Shown: positions 25,601 to 38,289 of the stretch, piece by piece
How positions within the stretch are numbered: position 1 is the stretch's first letter
How the letters are laid out: each line of letters opens with the position of its first letter
Assembly: GCA_964016885.1 (NCBI GenBank)
Contig: OZ024743.1
Coordinates: 308,884,001-308,948,000, forward strand
DNA: 64,000 nt
Source: Eledone cirrhosa
Taxonomy: Eukaryota
Reading direction: 5' to 3'
Program-made: the position numbers and the translations under genes
Notes under the pieces: generated by a model
Told to the model about the DNA's origin: nothing
Database searches by the model: none
The model's input: the letters and a program-made list of their open reading frames with translations, nothing else

Positions 25601-26019
25601 TATGTTCCCCTGATCTGTAGGTGATCAAGTGATTGTCTCGTTTTTTGAAGTTAGTGTTACAGATAGTTAGGTTGTTTGCATCACAGAATTCCAGGATTCT
25701 GGAGCCTTCCTCGTTTCTAGTACCAAACCCATAGCCTCCGTGGATTCCGTCATAGCCGTCACAATGTTGTCCAACGTGGCCATTTAGGTTGCCAGCAATA
25801 ATTATATAGTCACTGTCGGTTATTTGGGAGGTAGTGAGCATCAGTGTCTCATAGAATCTGTCTTTTATAGCACCAGGCAGTCCGGATTGGGGCGCGTATG
25901 CAGATATTACTGTCACAGTAGTTCTGTTTAGAACAAGTCTTATTTTAATTATTCTGTCATTCACTCTATTTACATCTATAATCTTATCCACCCATTTTTC
26001 TGCTAACATGATTCCTAAT
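22683..26019 (-). mobile_element. RTE-clade LINE subfamily A, longest copy (APE endonuclease, RT, PHD), disabled by stops and frameshifts
   Basis: SAYAPQ, GNLNGHVG and QVDYIL endonuclease motifs; NYRGIKL, FVDLEKAFD and GVHQGSVLSP RT motifs; YTDD; (GAT)n tail. Confidence 0.93.
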
Positions 26020-26470
26020 AGATAAAGCAATTAAGGACAAGAAAGTGGGGAAGGTGGTTGGATCATCTGGTGTAGTTAAGATGCTAAAATCATCTGGCAT
26101 GGTAGGATACAAGACATGCATTGTTAATCAAGTAGTACAGGATGGTATCATACCCAATGACTGCAGCAGTATTATCATAAATTGCTACAAGAGCAAAGGA
26201 GATGTACGAGACAGAAGTATAAAGTTGATGGACCATATTATGAAAGTTTCTGAAAGGGTTATAACATAATTAATAAGGGACAGAAGTTAGATGAGATACA
26301 GTTAGGAGTTTTGCCAGGTAGGAGTAATACCAATGTCTTTTTCCTTGTGAGACAACTGCAGGATAGGTACTTTGCTAAGAGTAAGCCACAGTATCTGGTA
26401 TTTGTAAACAGGGACCCAATCTCTGTAATCTGGTGGGCACTTAGGAAATTAGGTCTAGATGAATGAGTGT
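26020..26470 (+). mobile_element. Continuation of the degenerate older RTE copy
   Basis: IVNQVVQDGIIPND..IINCYKSKGD..IKLMDHIMKVSERVI. Confidence 0.75.
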
Positions 26471-26689
26471 ATATAGAATAAGTAGTCAAAGTCAGTGTTC
26501 CAGCATATATACAACCTTTAATGGCATATTGCAATTGTTTCGATATCGATCAGCTGATCAATGACTTCAACTCTACTTATGCAATTTTAGGGATTGTAAC
26601 ATCAAGTAACTGTTGGTTCACCAAACTGAGTATTTGATACATAGTCTCCAGTATGTACTTTGGGGTTGTACTAAGCAGAGTATAATAAT

Positions 26690-26872
26690 AATTGTTTCTA
26701 CTTTTGGCACAAGGCCAGCAATTTCCCAGTGTATTACTGGTACTTTATTTTATCGACCCCGTAAGGATGAAAGGCAAAGTTAACCTCGGCGGGATTTGAA
26801 CTCAGAATGGCAAGGGCCGTAACTCTATGCGTCAAAGCATGGCGTCCGACCCTCTACCGATACTGCCAATTC
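26690..26872 (-). mobile_element. tRNA-derived SINE, same family as 463-655
   Basis: Reverse-complement match. Confidence 0.85.
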
Positions 26873-27819
26873 ACTAAACCTCTAGAGTATAATAATAATA
26901 AGCATGTATGAGGTGTCAACTTTTCATTACACTTATTGAGGTTATTGATCAGCTCAAGGTTCGATCTCTATCGATCGGGCCTGACTCTGGAATCAAATGC
27001 TCATCAGACTTAATGGCAGAATGATTCCTGTACAGCATTAAAAAAAATATGTATATATATCTGTTCTCATTCATTTGTGATGGGCAATTTTACTTTGTTT
27101 TGATTGGTTGTTTTGGGAGAAAAAAAATGTGTGAGGATGTGGGAGAGGGGAGGGAAGAAGTAGAATGAAGAAAGGGATTGAGAAGAGAAGATGAAAGAAT
27201 GGTGGTGGGGTACATCTATTGGTGGAGGTGGGGATGGAGTGATACTTTGACCATTTAATAATGGACAGATTGGTGCTTATGTGGTGATGTTAGGGGGGGG
27301 GGGGGTTAAGGAATGAGATGTGATAGGGAAGCAGAGAGAGGGGAGGAGTGACATTGGTTGGATGGCTAGTACAGAGAAAGTCCAGTATTTCTGTGTCATT
27401 GAGATGGTATGAATATAGTATTTCTGTGTCATTGAGATGATGAACAAGATAAAGAAATAAATGATAGAAGTTAAATGCTGGTAAGTAAATAAGTAAACAA
27501 AAAAATCTGTATATATATATACATACATTTTGAGAATGATTAAATGGAATTATAGTATAGCATGGAATAAGATGGTGTAAGGGAAATTTATAAAGTGTGA
27601 TATAAAATATAATATGTAAAATGTGATATAAAGAATAAGATGTGAAATAAAGATGTGGTGTAAAAATATGTGGCAAAGTTATACGGTGATAATTGTGTTA
27701 GATATGAGTATAGTTAGAAGTAACACACTAGAGGTAGTAACACTGACAATTGAACGTATGAGATTGTATATACAAAGGGAGAAATGTTTGCTAGGAAAAA
27801 GTAAAGTGTTGAATGTCAA

Positions 27820-28085
27820 TCCAGGTGCTAACCTCTCTTGGAGGGCATGGCATGAGTATCAGCCAATTAAATGCAACCATGCACCACTGGGGGCTGTGTT
27901 CATCAGCAGCTTTCCAGTGTAGCTCACTTGAGCAGACTGCAGAACATATTTTGGTTGAGTGCCTGGATCTCTGGCCACCAGAAAGTGTGGACTGCACACA
28001 CCTTAATCCCACTACTGTAAGCTTTTTGCAGCACATAAGGGACATTACATGATTGCTGTCTCATACACAAGAAGAAAAAGAAGTT
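27820..28085 (+). mobile_element. LINE 3' end with CCHC-like knuckle (I/Ingi-like); related piece at ~35972-36151
   Basis: C..LEQTAEHILVEC motif followed by a (GAA)-rich tail. Confidence 0.4.
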
Positions 28086-28089
28086 TCAT

Positions 28090-28715
28090 CCTTCTAATAA
28101 CGTGACTTGGGCGAACAAATTCCCTCCTGAACTATTAAGAATAATCTTTAAAATGATCTGTTGTATGTGTCTCTCTAATTCTTTAGGGTTGCACATGCAG
28201 GACATGTTCCTCATCACTCTTACTAAGTCCGTAATCAGTATATTGATTTTTATGTGATCCGAAACAGCTGAGTTTCAGTGGATCAGGTATTTGGAGGTCA
28301 TGGCTTTGGCATAATGCGAATGGAGGATTTGCGTTCTATTACTAATAGTTTCCAACCAGAGTTCTGTCTAGTAATGGGAATCTATGGTTGGGGTGTTTAG
28401 TTGGGTAGTCTATAGTAACTTTAATACTCTGGTGGATGGAGTTAGCTATTTGCTGGATGCTTTCCATGGTGTTCTCTAATTCTTGACTGTTCTCCTGTGG
28501 GGGTGTTTTTACTACGATATTTATGTCATCTACTTAGTGGGAGTACATAGTCAGGGTTATAAAATTGTCGTCTAATTGTTCTTTAAGTCTTCTGTCCCTC
28601 CATACCATAAATAGCTTAGCTATGTCACCAGCAATGCTAACGCCAATGATTGCCCCCTCCTCTTGGGCATATGTTTTGCAATTAAACTTGAATATATGTT
28701 CATTAATGGTTAGTA
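28090..28715 (-). mobile_element. Degenerate Penelope-like RT fragment (Neptune-like)
   Basis: KTYAQEEGAIIGVSIAGDIAKLFMVW...MYSH*VDDINIV matches the PLE Q..G..IG and YVDD motifs. Confidence 0.7.
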
Positions 28716-28994
28716 ATTAAGTCTAACCTAAATACAATGAATTATCAGGCAATTAGTATAGTATGTTATTGACTAAAACTAATATCTTCTCATCATTAAC
28801 TTGTAATTAACAAAGGTAATTATATATGTGTGTATGTGCGTCAACATACACACATATAAATATGTATATACATAAATAAGGTACAGCATGGACAGCTGGC
28901 CTGGCCAGACTTGTCTCATAATGTGGATGACCCATGCATGCCTGGAAGAATAGCTAATGATAATGAAATTATTGTGTAAAGTGTTCAGGTGCAC

Positions 28995-29975
28995 TACAAC
29001 TCGTCAAAGGTGTATGTATAGTACATAGAATAATATACAAATGTCAGGGAAGTGAATAGTGTATGAGTCATGGTATACATGTGCGTATGTGTATGGAGGG
29101 GGAACATTAGCTGTAGTGTTGGCGGATCTCAGGAAGCATGGAAGCCTTAAAGGATGCAGTGTCTCGACAGCTAACAACTGATGCAGGTAGTTTGTTCCAT
29201 GCTTCAGCAACTCTGAGCGTGAAAAAATGTTTCCGAAAGTCATGGGAACTGTGCTGTTTTCTGACTTTGTGGGCATGTTCACGTGTGTTAGACACATAGA
29301 AATCAAAAAGGTACTCAGGGTTGTTGTTGGCAAGATGGTTAACAATTTTGTGGGTGTTTACCAAGTCAGTTGCCAGGTGTCAGAGCTTCAATGTATCCAT
29401 GCCCAGGGAAGTAAGGGGCTCAGAGTATGGTAGATGCCTGATGGAGGGTATTCGCTTGGTTGCACGTCTGAACAGTTTCCAGGCGGTCAATGTTCTGAGC
29501 AAGATAGGGTTCCAGACTGGTGATGCAAATTTTAAGTGTGGCCGTACCATAGCCATATACAGCCTTAAATAGATAGCTGGAGAGCGGCTGACAAAGGTCT
29601 TGCTGAGTGATGCTAAGACACCCTCGGCCCTCTTGACAATTTTAGAAACGTGCTTTGTCCAACGCAAATCGCTGCTGGCCGTAATGCCCAGGTCACGTTC
29701 ACAAGAAGACTTCTTGATATTAGTGCTGTGGAGGGGGTATGTGGACGCTGGGTTTTTACTCCCAAAATGCATGGTGGTGCACTTGTCCACAGCTAGCTTG
29801 AGTTGCCAGTCTGAGATCCATTGTTGCATTGTGTCCAGGTCAGACTGCAAGCAAGATCTATAGTGTTCAGGATCTGTCCTTTTTATCTCAAGGTACAGCT
29901 TGATGTCGTCTGCGTACTTTAGTACCGTCGCATTCTTTAAGTTGGCATCTATGTCATTAATATATGCCACAAACA
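28995..29975 (-). mobile_element. CR1-group LINE 3' fragment, degenerate
   Basis: YINDI, YADDIKLY, ERDLGI, RPHL.FASPVWNP, FFTLRVAEAWNKLP. Confidence 0.85.
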
Positions 29976-30049
29976 AATATATGCCAAAAACAGTGATGAT
30001 GATGTGTGTATGCATATATATATATATATATACATACATATATATGTTT

Positions 30050-30480
30050 CATAAATTATCAAGGAAATTCAAGAATTGCTGGTAAAGAAGAGATCCAGAA
30101 CAAGACACCGGAGACATCAAGGGCTTCTAAGAAGCCTTATATCAGTCTGTGGCCTTTCATACCAGGATCATGCTGTATGCCGAATTCTCCACTGACCAAT
30201 GTCACAGGGGGGCGCAGAATGGAAGATACAAGGACTATTTGAAAAAATCCCTTGTTACCTTTCACATTGACCATAGCTGGTTGTCCACCCTAGCTCATAT
30301 AGTGACACCTGGCATCTCACCGTCAACCATGCTGTCATCCTCAGGGCCACCCTCGAGGACAAAAGGCACAAGAGGAAGAACCACAACACCAATCCTCACC
30401 AGATCTTCAGCTGCAGATGTGCCTGCATTGGCCTGATCAGCCATGAGCATGCAGCTGTCAACATTGATATTTCCCTTAAG
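30050..30480 (+). mobile_element. RTE-BovB-like 3' fragment
   Basis: RIMLYAE...RG...RYKDYLKKSL. Confidence 0.6.
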
Positions 30481-30517
30481 TTGAAGTCCAAGAAGTTAAC
30501 ACTAGTGAGGTTGGTGG

Positions 30518-31640
30518 ATCATCATCATCATCATCATCACCGTTTTACGGGTGTTCTTCCACGCTAGCATGGGTTAGATAGGTTGTCCTGTTGTGGGCAG
30601 TGTCCAGTCGGCTGACCTTGTCTTGCTCATACAGGAACTGATTCTGGCTTGATTTCTACAGCTGTATGCCCTTCCTAACACCAACCTCATTTACAGTGAG
30701 TGCTGGGTGCTTTTTCGTGGCGCCTACACATCCACTTTACAGTGTGGCTGGGTCCTTTTTTGCCGTGGCACCTCCACGACCACTTTGCAGTGGGAGGGGG
30801 TGGAGGCATATTGTCTATATGCTTCAGCTTCGGCTTGTTCCTGTGGGAAGTCGGGTCTTCTGTATTACTGCGTGACGCCAGAGGTCACGGTCATGTGTCA
30901 TTGCCCTTGAGAGGTGCAATTGGGTAAAGTCTGCTTTTATCACCTCATCCCAGGTCTTCTTGGGTCTCCCCACTCCATAGCTTCCATCGACTTCTAGTGC
31001 TCTGCACCTTTTTATGCAGCTGTCATCCTTCATATGCACCACATGTCTATACCAACGCAATCTCCTCTCCTGCACACACCATTTGATTCCTCTTATGCTC
31101 AGTCTCTCTCTCAATTCGTTTATGCTTTGCCATTCGCGTATATTACTATTACACATCCATTGGAGCATGCAAGCTTCATTTCTTTCTAATCTGCACAAGT
31201 CTTTTACAGACAGCGCCCGGGTCTCACTACCATGTAACATCGCTGTTCAGATACATGCATCATATAGTCTGCCTTTCATTTTGACGGAAAAGCATTTTGC
31301 AGCTAGCAGTGGCAGTAGCTCCCTGAACTTCTTCCATACCGTTCTTACCCTAGTTATTGTACTTTCAAAACACCCATCTCCGCTGCTAATTCAGTCACTT
31401 AGGTAGCAGAAGCTGTCTAATGTTTCTACAGAGCCCTCCCAGAGTTTGGTGGTACTTGTTTGCTGTGGCCGTTTGCTGCTTTCTGTCTCAGCACAGCTGC
31501 TGCATGTGAAGCCTACATTCGTAGTTAAGCTTCCTGAGATCCCGCTACATCTCTTGTGTACCCATTGTTTGCATTTGGGGCTAAGGATGGAGTTCCTACC
31601 TACATCTTTCCTACATACTGAGCAAGGCCATTTCCCTGAG
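30518..31640 (-). mobile_element. RTE-clade LINE subfamily B, 3' fragment
   Basis: PHD through C-terminus, with stops; (GAT)n tail. Confidence 0.9.
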
Positions 31641-32160
31641 TGATTTAACCCTAGTTTCCTAAAAGAAGTGATTAACTCTTTCCTAAAGGTGTTGAAGTCA
31701 TGACCATTTCTATGGCTTGTAAGAGCCAGGCCATTGTCATGGCATAAATCCATCTGGAAATCTGGAAATTTCATGTGTAAGATATCCAGGATAATAAGCC
31801 CCACCAAAATGCAAACGATCCAATAGGAACATCAAAGCAGTGGTTTGCTGCAGGTTTCTTTATCCAGGTGTCTCCCTTCGTTAATGTATTTCCTCTAAAA
31901 ATCATTTTTAGTCTATCGAATTTTTTTTCTAACCCCTCATAATTACTAGCTAATTTAATGTTTGTTTGGGCAAATTTGTTTCCCCTAGACCATCCAAATT
32001 ATCTGCCCTTGATTTGAGGATCTCTTTCCCTATTGTTCTGTATTTTGTATTTTCCTTTTTGAGTAAACCTTTTCTGGTTCATTTTCATCTGTACAGGTTG
32101 AACAAGTTGGTCTACAGGACTAATAAAAAGTACGTACCAGGTATGGCATCGTTGTAGTAA
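31641..32160 (-). mobile_element. Degenerate Penelope-like RT fragment of the GLYRDDGL type (Naiad-like)
   Basis: FDVPIGSF...VGLIILDIL...DLCHDNGL....NGHDFNTFRKELITSFRKLGL resembles FDV.MGS.DG..ELVGL / GLYRDDGL / RK.LI..F...GL. Confidence 0.6.
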
Positions 32161-33009
32161 TTGGACTTTATAACTCTATATAGAGAGAGTATTTAGTAAA
32201 ATCCTCATGGAGAATGCGCCTACTACATTGGAATTATGCTAATTACTATATCAACTCTAATTAAACAGGCATTGAGTGATACCCTTATGGGTGGTCTTCA
32301 CTGTCACTATACTTCAAACACTTATATATAAACAACTTATAAATGACTGAAAGTAATGAGTCATAGTTATCTAGAATAATAAATATTGCATGAAAGCACA
32401 CCTGGCTTAGGGTTTAGGGTGTTGGGATCACAATTATAAGGCCTTATATTCGATTCTCAAACCAAGTATTGCTTTGTGTCTTCAAGCAAGGCATTTTGTT
32501 TTCACATTATTCCAATTCCTTTAACTGAAAATAAGTAATAATGTCCTGTTCAGAGGGGGAGGGATAACTCTCAGCTGCTCAATGCCCCTGAAATCATAAT
32601 TATCTTTGGGCTTCATGTGAGCATAAAAGAATGGGCAGACTTTAAACAAGTGTTTCTCAACCTTTTTCTATTTGTGGTCTCAAAAATATTTCAGGCTCAC
32701 ATAAGCGCAAATAGAAATTCCTTGTAACAGGAAATACATTTTGTTTACAAAAGCAAAATTTTATGCCAGTGGAAAAAAAAAGAAATAGAATTTCAAAGCT
32801 CACCTATTTTCCTTGGGACCACTCCAGGCACAATTTAAAATTTCTCAAGCCCACATTGAGAAACGTTGAAGAGGCAATAATTCCAATAAATGATATCTAC
32901 TGGTTTTGTCTGAAAACATAAGTTAGTGATCATGTGATATTCTAAGTAACGAGATGTCTAGAAACAGGGGCAGAGAAATACAATGAGTAATGTTACTTGA
33001 TAGAGGGCA

Positions 33010-33332
33010 TAGCTCAGAGATCAGAGAGTAACTCCAGGTAGAGCCACTACTTCTCTGAATTGAGAGATCACAGCTCCGATACTATGGGCATGTGGTTAGA
33101 ATGTCTCAGGAAAGAACCACTGGACAGATTTTATGGGCAAAGCAACCAGCAGGAGAACAAGGGGTAGACACCGAGCAAGATGGTTCGATAGCATCCATGA
33201 GTATGGCTGGTCTCGCTTGGGGATCCAGCCAGATCAGTTGGAGATGGTTGCTTCTGACAGGACCCGTTGGAAGGAGTGTTTGAAGCCTCTGCCCCCACGA
33301 CCCCTTCAGGAATAAGTAGGTGAAGAAGAAGA
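33010..33332 (+). mobile_element. Old RTE family C 3' fragment
   Basis: Homologous to the other family C copies; (GAA)n tail. Confidence 0.75.
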
Positions 33333-34021
33333 TATTTACAAGATGTCTAGAAACAGGGGCAGATAAATACAATGTGCTTTATTTTCAAAATTTTACCAAC
33401 TTATTTAATACATTAGTATAATTAATTGTATAACTAAACAAGTAATTAGCATTCACAGGTAAAAATCCACCCTACGTCTAAGTATTATAAGATCAATTTG
33501 GAGCTTACACTTAGGCTAAAGTGGGCAAAAAATTGACTAAGTCGTAATATCAGATTAAATATTTCAGCATTTGTTCCAGCTTCTGAGGGCAAATCTCTCT
33601 GAGGTTAACTTTGTCTTTCATCCCTTTAGAGTGTATAAATAAAGTACCTGCCTAGCGACAGTGGATTAGCAGAATTATTGTAGGATAGGATAGGATACTA
33701 TGTAATATCTGCTCCCGCTGTGAGTGTTCTGAGTTCAAATCTCATCAGAAGATGCGACTGGCTGAGAATTCCAGCAATAGAAAAACCAAAGGAAAGGACA
33801 AGAATTGTCCTTTTTCTCTCATGTATAATCTTTTGCAATGCTACTTTCTTTTTCTTTGTTCGACTAAATATTAAATTCTTTATTATCCCCCCCCCCCCCC
33901 CCAAAAAAAAGAAGTAGTGTTTGATTTCTGAAATAAGTCAAACTTGCTGTCAAGATAAGCCTGTCCTGAGAGTAGCAAACTCCAACAAGACTGACTGAGT
34001 CAGAAGTCATTTACTGTAGAC

Positions 34022-34624
34022 TAGTGGTTCCCAAACTTTTTTTATCATTGACATTATCGCGCACATGAATTAAACTAGTAGTTGCGGAAGGTTGTGCTGC
34101 ATGTTCAGCAATTTCTGTATCTCCTATAGAAGATTTTGTTTCTGTATTTCTTGTAATTTCAGTTCCTTTACGAATTTCTTGTTTTTTTAACCATTGATCC
34201 ATTGAAGGGCTTTGAAAATAAAAATTTTAATAAAACTCAAAAATAAACTCGTTGACAAGGGGCAAACGTTAATTGATACAGGATACAGCACATGTTCACC
34301 GTGTGAGACGTGGTACCTATGTTATGTTTAAGAGGGAACTTAAATATTCAAATATGTAAGTTTATTGTAAAAAGTTATAAATCTGATTATAATTCTGAGT
34401 ATTACACGGTGCTCACAGTACACCCTTAATAATGGAATACTACAACCCAACTGAACGATTTGGCTGAGAGCTCTGCAGTGTAACACTCTTTGCATGTTTA
34501 TATGGGGAGTATATACCGATCATACACGTTACAACTTGTTAGTCTTTATTTTTATAGTAAACTTCAACTTGCGCCTTACGGAACCCCTGGCCTTGCTTCA
34601 CGGAACCCACTTTGGGAACCACTG
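34022..34624 (-). mobile_element. hAT (Charlie/Buster-type) internal-deletion derivative with 8-bp TSD
   Basis: TIRs (C/T)AGTGGTTCCCAAA; perfect TSD CTGTAGAC at 34014-34021 and 34625-34632; residual ORF start MDQWLKK. Confidence 0.88.
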
Positions 34625-35737
34625 CTGTAGACAAAAGGTGTATGAAATAGCATAACCCTAAATAAGGGGGGGGGGGGGGTTGTCAGACATGCAGGTGTTT
34701 TAAGAGGTGTCTGGGATGTTCCATTATATAGTGAGAATAGATGTGGGAGGAGGGTATCCCACATGTGGGTATGTGATATGACAATTGAATGAGAAAGGTT
34801 AATCCTGAGAAAATATGTCCAGAAAATATTTTGATTTCAGCACATCACAGTTTCCTTGATTAGTTCTTTTTCTATATATATATTTTTAAAAGCAATAACT
34901 TTAAAAAAAATTAGCTTGCTTTAATCATTTTGTGACTAAAGATGCTTTTTGTATATTATTTATATCCCTATATATTTTATCTACAAAGATGGAAGGAATC
35001 ATAAAAACAAGACAGCCAATAAGAGATTTTAAGATATGAAATCTTCAAATAATTCCATCGGGAAATTATATTTTAAAGAAAACTTGAACCAGCACAATGA
35101 ATTAAATCGTATATATATTTTTTGTGCCATGATGAAACGCATGCAGTACACTTTGTAAAGTGATAGTGCTGGTGTCATGATAAAATGCACCAGTAACTCT
35201 GCAAAGTAGTAGTGATGGCACCCAATACACTCTGTAAAGAGGTTGGTGGTAGGGATTGCATAATAACAATTGTAGAAACAATGCCAAAAATGGAATGTAT
35301 GAGCATGTTAAGATTTTCCAATCCATTTGGTCTCGTGTTGAGAATATCTGTCCAACGCATGCCAGCATTGAAAGTCGGTGTAAAATGATGATGATGATTT
35401 GTGTCTGTTGGTAATATATCAAAACCACAAAAATCAATATTTCATAAAATCATTATTCAAAGAAGTCTGTTGAGAAAGTTTTCTTCATTCTCTATCCACT
35501 GCAGTTCTGTCAAATATATTGATTTAGAATGATTGTTTAAGAAATAGTTTTGTGCAATTCGGCAATTTATAAAGTAATCTTTTTTTTAATGTATTGATTG
35601 CCATTAGGAATAAATATTTATCTGAAATCAATAATATTGATTGAAGGAGTTAACTACTATTGATTAAAAGATTATCGATTAGAATATTGATTTGAAAATA
35701 TTTGACAAATTACTAAACATTGTCCTACATAGCAATC

Positions 35738-36178
35738 TTAACTGTTTTGATACAAAACCTCCTGAAAGCACTTTTGGTATATTTCAGATAAATATAAATA
35801 CTTTAAAGTAAACTGTTTGTACTAAAGAGTTTATATTTATCTAAAGCCTTCCATCATAATCTTATGTAAGGATCTTTGTTTAGCTATGCTCCAAAACATC
35901 AGCTGAATAATGAGAAATCTCTCCAAATTCTTGAATATTTTCAAAGTGATTTGAAAATCATAGGCAGTGCCTTGTGACTGCAGTCATGGGCAACTTGCAA
36001 GTGGGGCTCGCCGGAGCAAACTGTAGAACACATACTGAGTGTGTGACTTGATCTCTGCCCACTCCAGAGTGTGGACCTCATGCACTACTGTGAGCTTGCT
36101 ACAGCATCTGACTGATGCTACATGTTTGCTGTCACATCCAAAAGAAGAAGATTAGAAATATGGTAACAAAAGGGTTAA
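35738..36178 (-). mobile_element. piggyBac-type MITE with nested LINE 3' fragment
   Basis: Ends AAAGGGTTAA; reverse match to 19545-19793; ~180-bp insert. Confidence 0.6.
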
Positions 36179-36549
36179 AATATTGACTGCTGTTGTAATT
36201 TTTCTCACCGCCATGTTTTGTTCTAGATGCTAACTCCACCAGTTGCAGACTGCACATCAACATGAGATATTTTTCTCCTCAAAGTTCGATCACCAACAGC
36301 AGAGTTTAAAAAGCAAAGGTGAAGTCCAGTCTATAAGTTGACATTATCAAGCCATCGTTTTGACTGCCGACCTCTGCTTCTCTTACCAGCCAACTTTCCT
36401 TCTAGGCATAACTTACACCACGAGTTGACCATACAGTTTAAGCACGTCATGTATATTAACAAGTGAATATAATACAAAACATGTCTTATAAGCATTATAA
36501 GAACAGTTAAAGTAATGGAAAGGAAGCCAGTGTAGGAGCCTTAATATTG

Positions 36550-36758
36550 GTTTATTATATAGGCACAAGGCCAGCAATTTTGGAGGAGGGGAAAGTCGAT
36601 TAAATCGACCCAGTGCGTAACTGGTACTTTATTTTATCGACCTCGTAAGGATGAAAGGCAAAGTTAACCTCGGCAGGATTTGAACTCAGATCATAAAGAG
36701 CCATAACTCTATGTTGCAAAGTATGGTGTCCAACCCTCTACCAATACTGCCAATCCAC
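36550..36758 (-). mobile_element. tRNA-derived SINE, same family as 463-655
   Basis: Reverse-complement match. Confidence 0.85.
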
Positions 36759-37389
36759 CCAGGAGCCTTAATATTGCTGCTTGGTCTGCTAGAATTAGTC
36801 GTGTTGTCCATTTCAATTCTCATCTTACAATCAATATTGGATAAGATTGTCTTAGATACAACATGAGCAACAACAATATAGGATGGTCTCAAGTGGAATT
36901 TATTTGATCATACACCCGTAGAATTAGTGTTGACCTAAGTTTGAACAAGAACAAATATGATCATTTTATGCCTTTTACATTTTGTTTTATAAATCTGTAA
37001 ATATCACATTACAGATGTGAGTAATGAGGAATATTTTAGCCAGGTATTTATAACTAAGAAAAAAGAAAAATATAGTGTTATATAAATAAAATGTCAAAAC
37101 ACCATTATCCTGTTTGAAATTTGAAAATCGAAGTGCAGGTCTTACCAATCTAACCACTTTCCTATAATAAATACTTCCAATTACATTACCTTTAGGCTGG
37201 AAAACAAATTCACCATTTAAAATGTTTTTACTAACATTCCTTCCATTAACGAATACTGTAACCTTTGAAAAAAAAAATAAATGTTTTCAAACTAACGAAA
37301 TTTCAAGTATCAAATTCCAAATAATGTTTTACTGATTTCAGTCATTAGATTCCGACCAGGCATGACATTACTGTAAATGGGTTTAGTCG

Positions 37390-38160
37390 ATCATGTTGAC
37401 AATATTTCCTCGAGAATGTTTACATAATGTTTACAAGGGTATCAACATAGATGGTGAACTCCTATGCCACAAAGACTTTGCACATGACATCATCCTGATA
37501 GCCTATATACGACAAGAATTGGAGGAAATACTCAATGCTAACCACACTGTGAAACAACCATTAGGCCTTAGCATCCATCTTGGAGAATATCAATGTCATG
37601 TTTAACTGCCACGCTAAACCATCACCATTTATTGTAACTACAAAGACCACCAGGGAAGTAGACAGTTATGTGTATCTCGGAAATAAGATTGCAAGAGATT
37701 GCGCCCTACTTCCGGAGGTCAAAGAAGGATTGTGCTTGACTGGGCACTATTTGGAAAAGTTTATAACATTATTAGGACAAAAGAAAGCTGTTTAACAAAT
37801 ATCTTCTACCGGTGATAACTTATGGAAGTGAAAGGTGAGCACATAGGCACTCAACACCACTACTGCACAGACGCCCAGCATCACTTTACGTGATAGAAAG
37901 AGCAACACATAGATTTGGCATCAGGCTGGCATGAAGGACATAATCAAGACCAAAAACAGAAAGCATAGATGGGCTGGTCACGTCTCGTTTCAGAGATAAC
38001 AGGGCGTATTAGAGTGACAGAGTGGACACTAAGGCCTTGGAGAAGAACTAGAGGACAGCCAAAGGCAACACGGCACGACGATCTGATTTGATACCTCGGT
38101 CGCACATGGCCTAATATGGCCAGAAATAGGAAGCAGTGGAGGAGTCCCTCCAACAGGATT
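37390..38160 (+). mobile_element. Degenerate RTE-like RT 3' half (a further family)
   Basis: GINIDGELL.H.DFAHDIILIA, VDSYVYLG and WAGHV-like motifs. Confidence 0.7.
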
Positions 38161-38289
38161 TTGGATATTATCTTTTGGCTTGACCGTTACCCTGCAGTAT
38201 TTGTTGTGAGGTCTGGTACTTATTTTATCGAGCTCGTCTTGTCGAACCGCTATGATACGGAACATAAACGCAGATACACACACGAGGCC

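Noticed and set aside
31391-31807. Apparent PLE-RT/PHD fusion ORF
   Set aside because: Chance in-frame junction between a truncated RTE-B copy and a PLE relic.
32648-32868. Possible hAT MITE (GTGTTTCTCAA ... TTGAGAAAC)
   Set aside because: TIRs are degenerate and there is no TSD; too weak to list as a feature.
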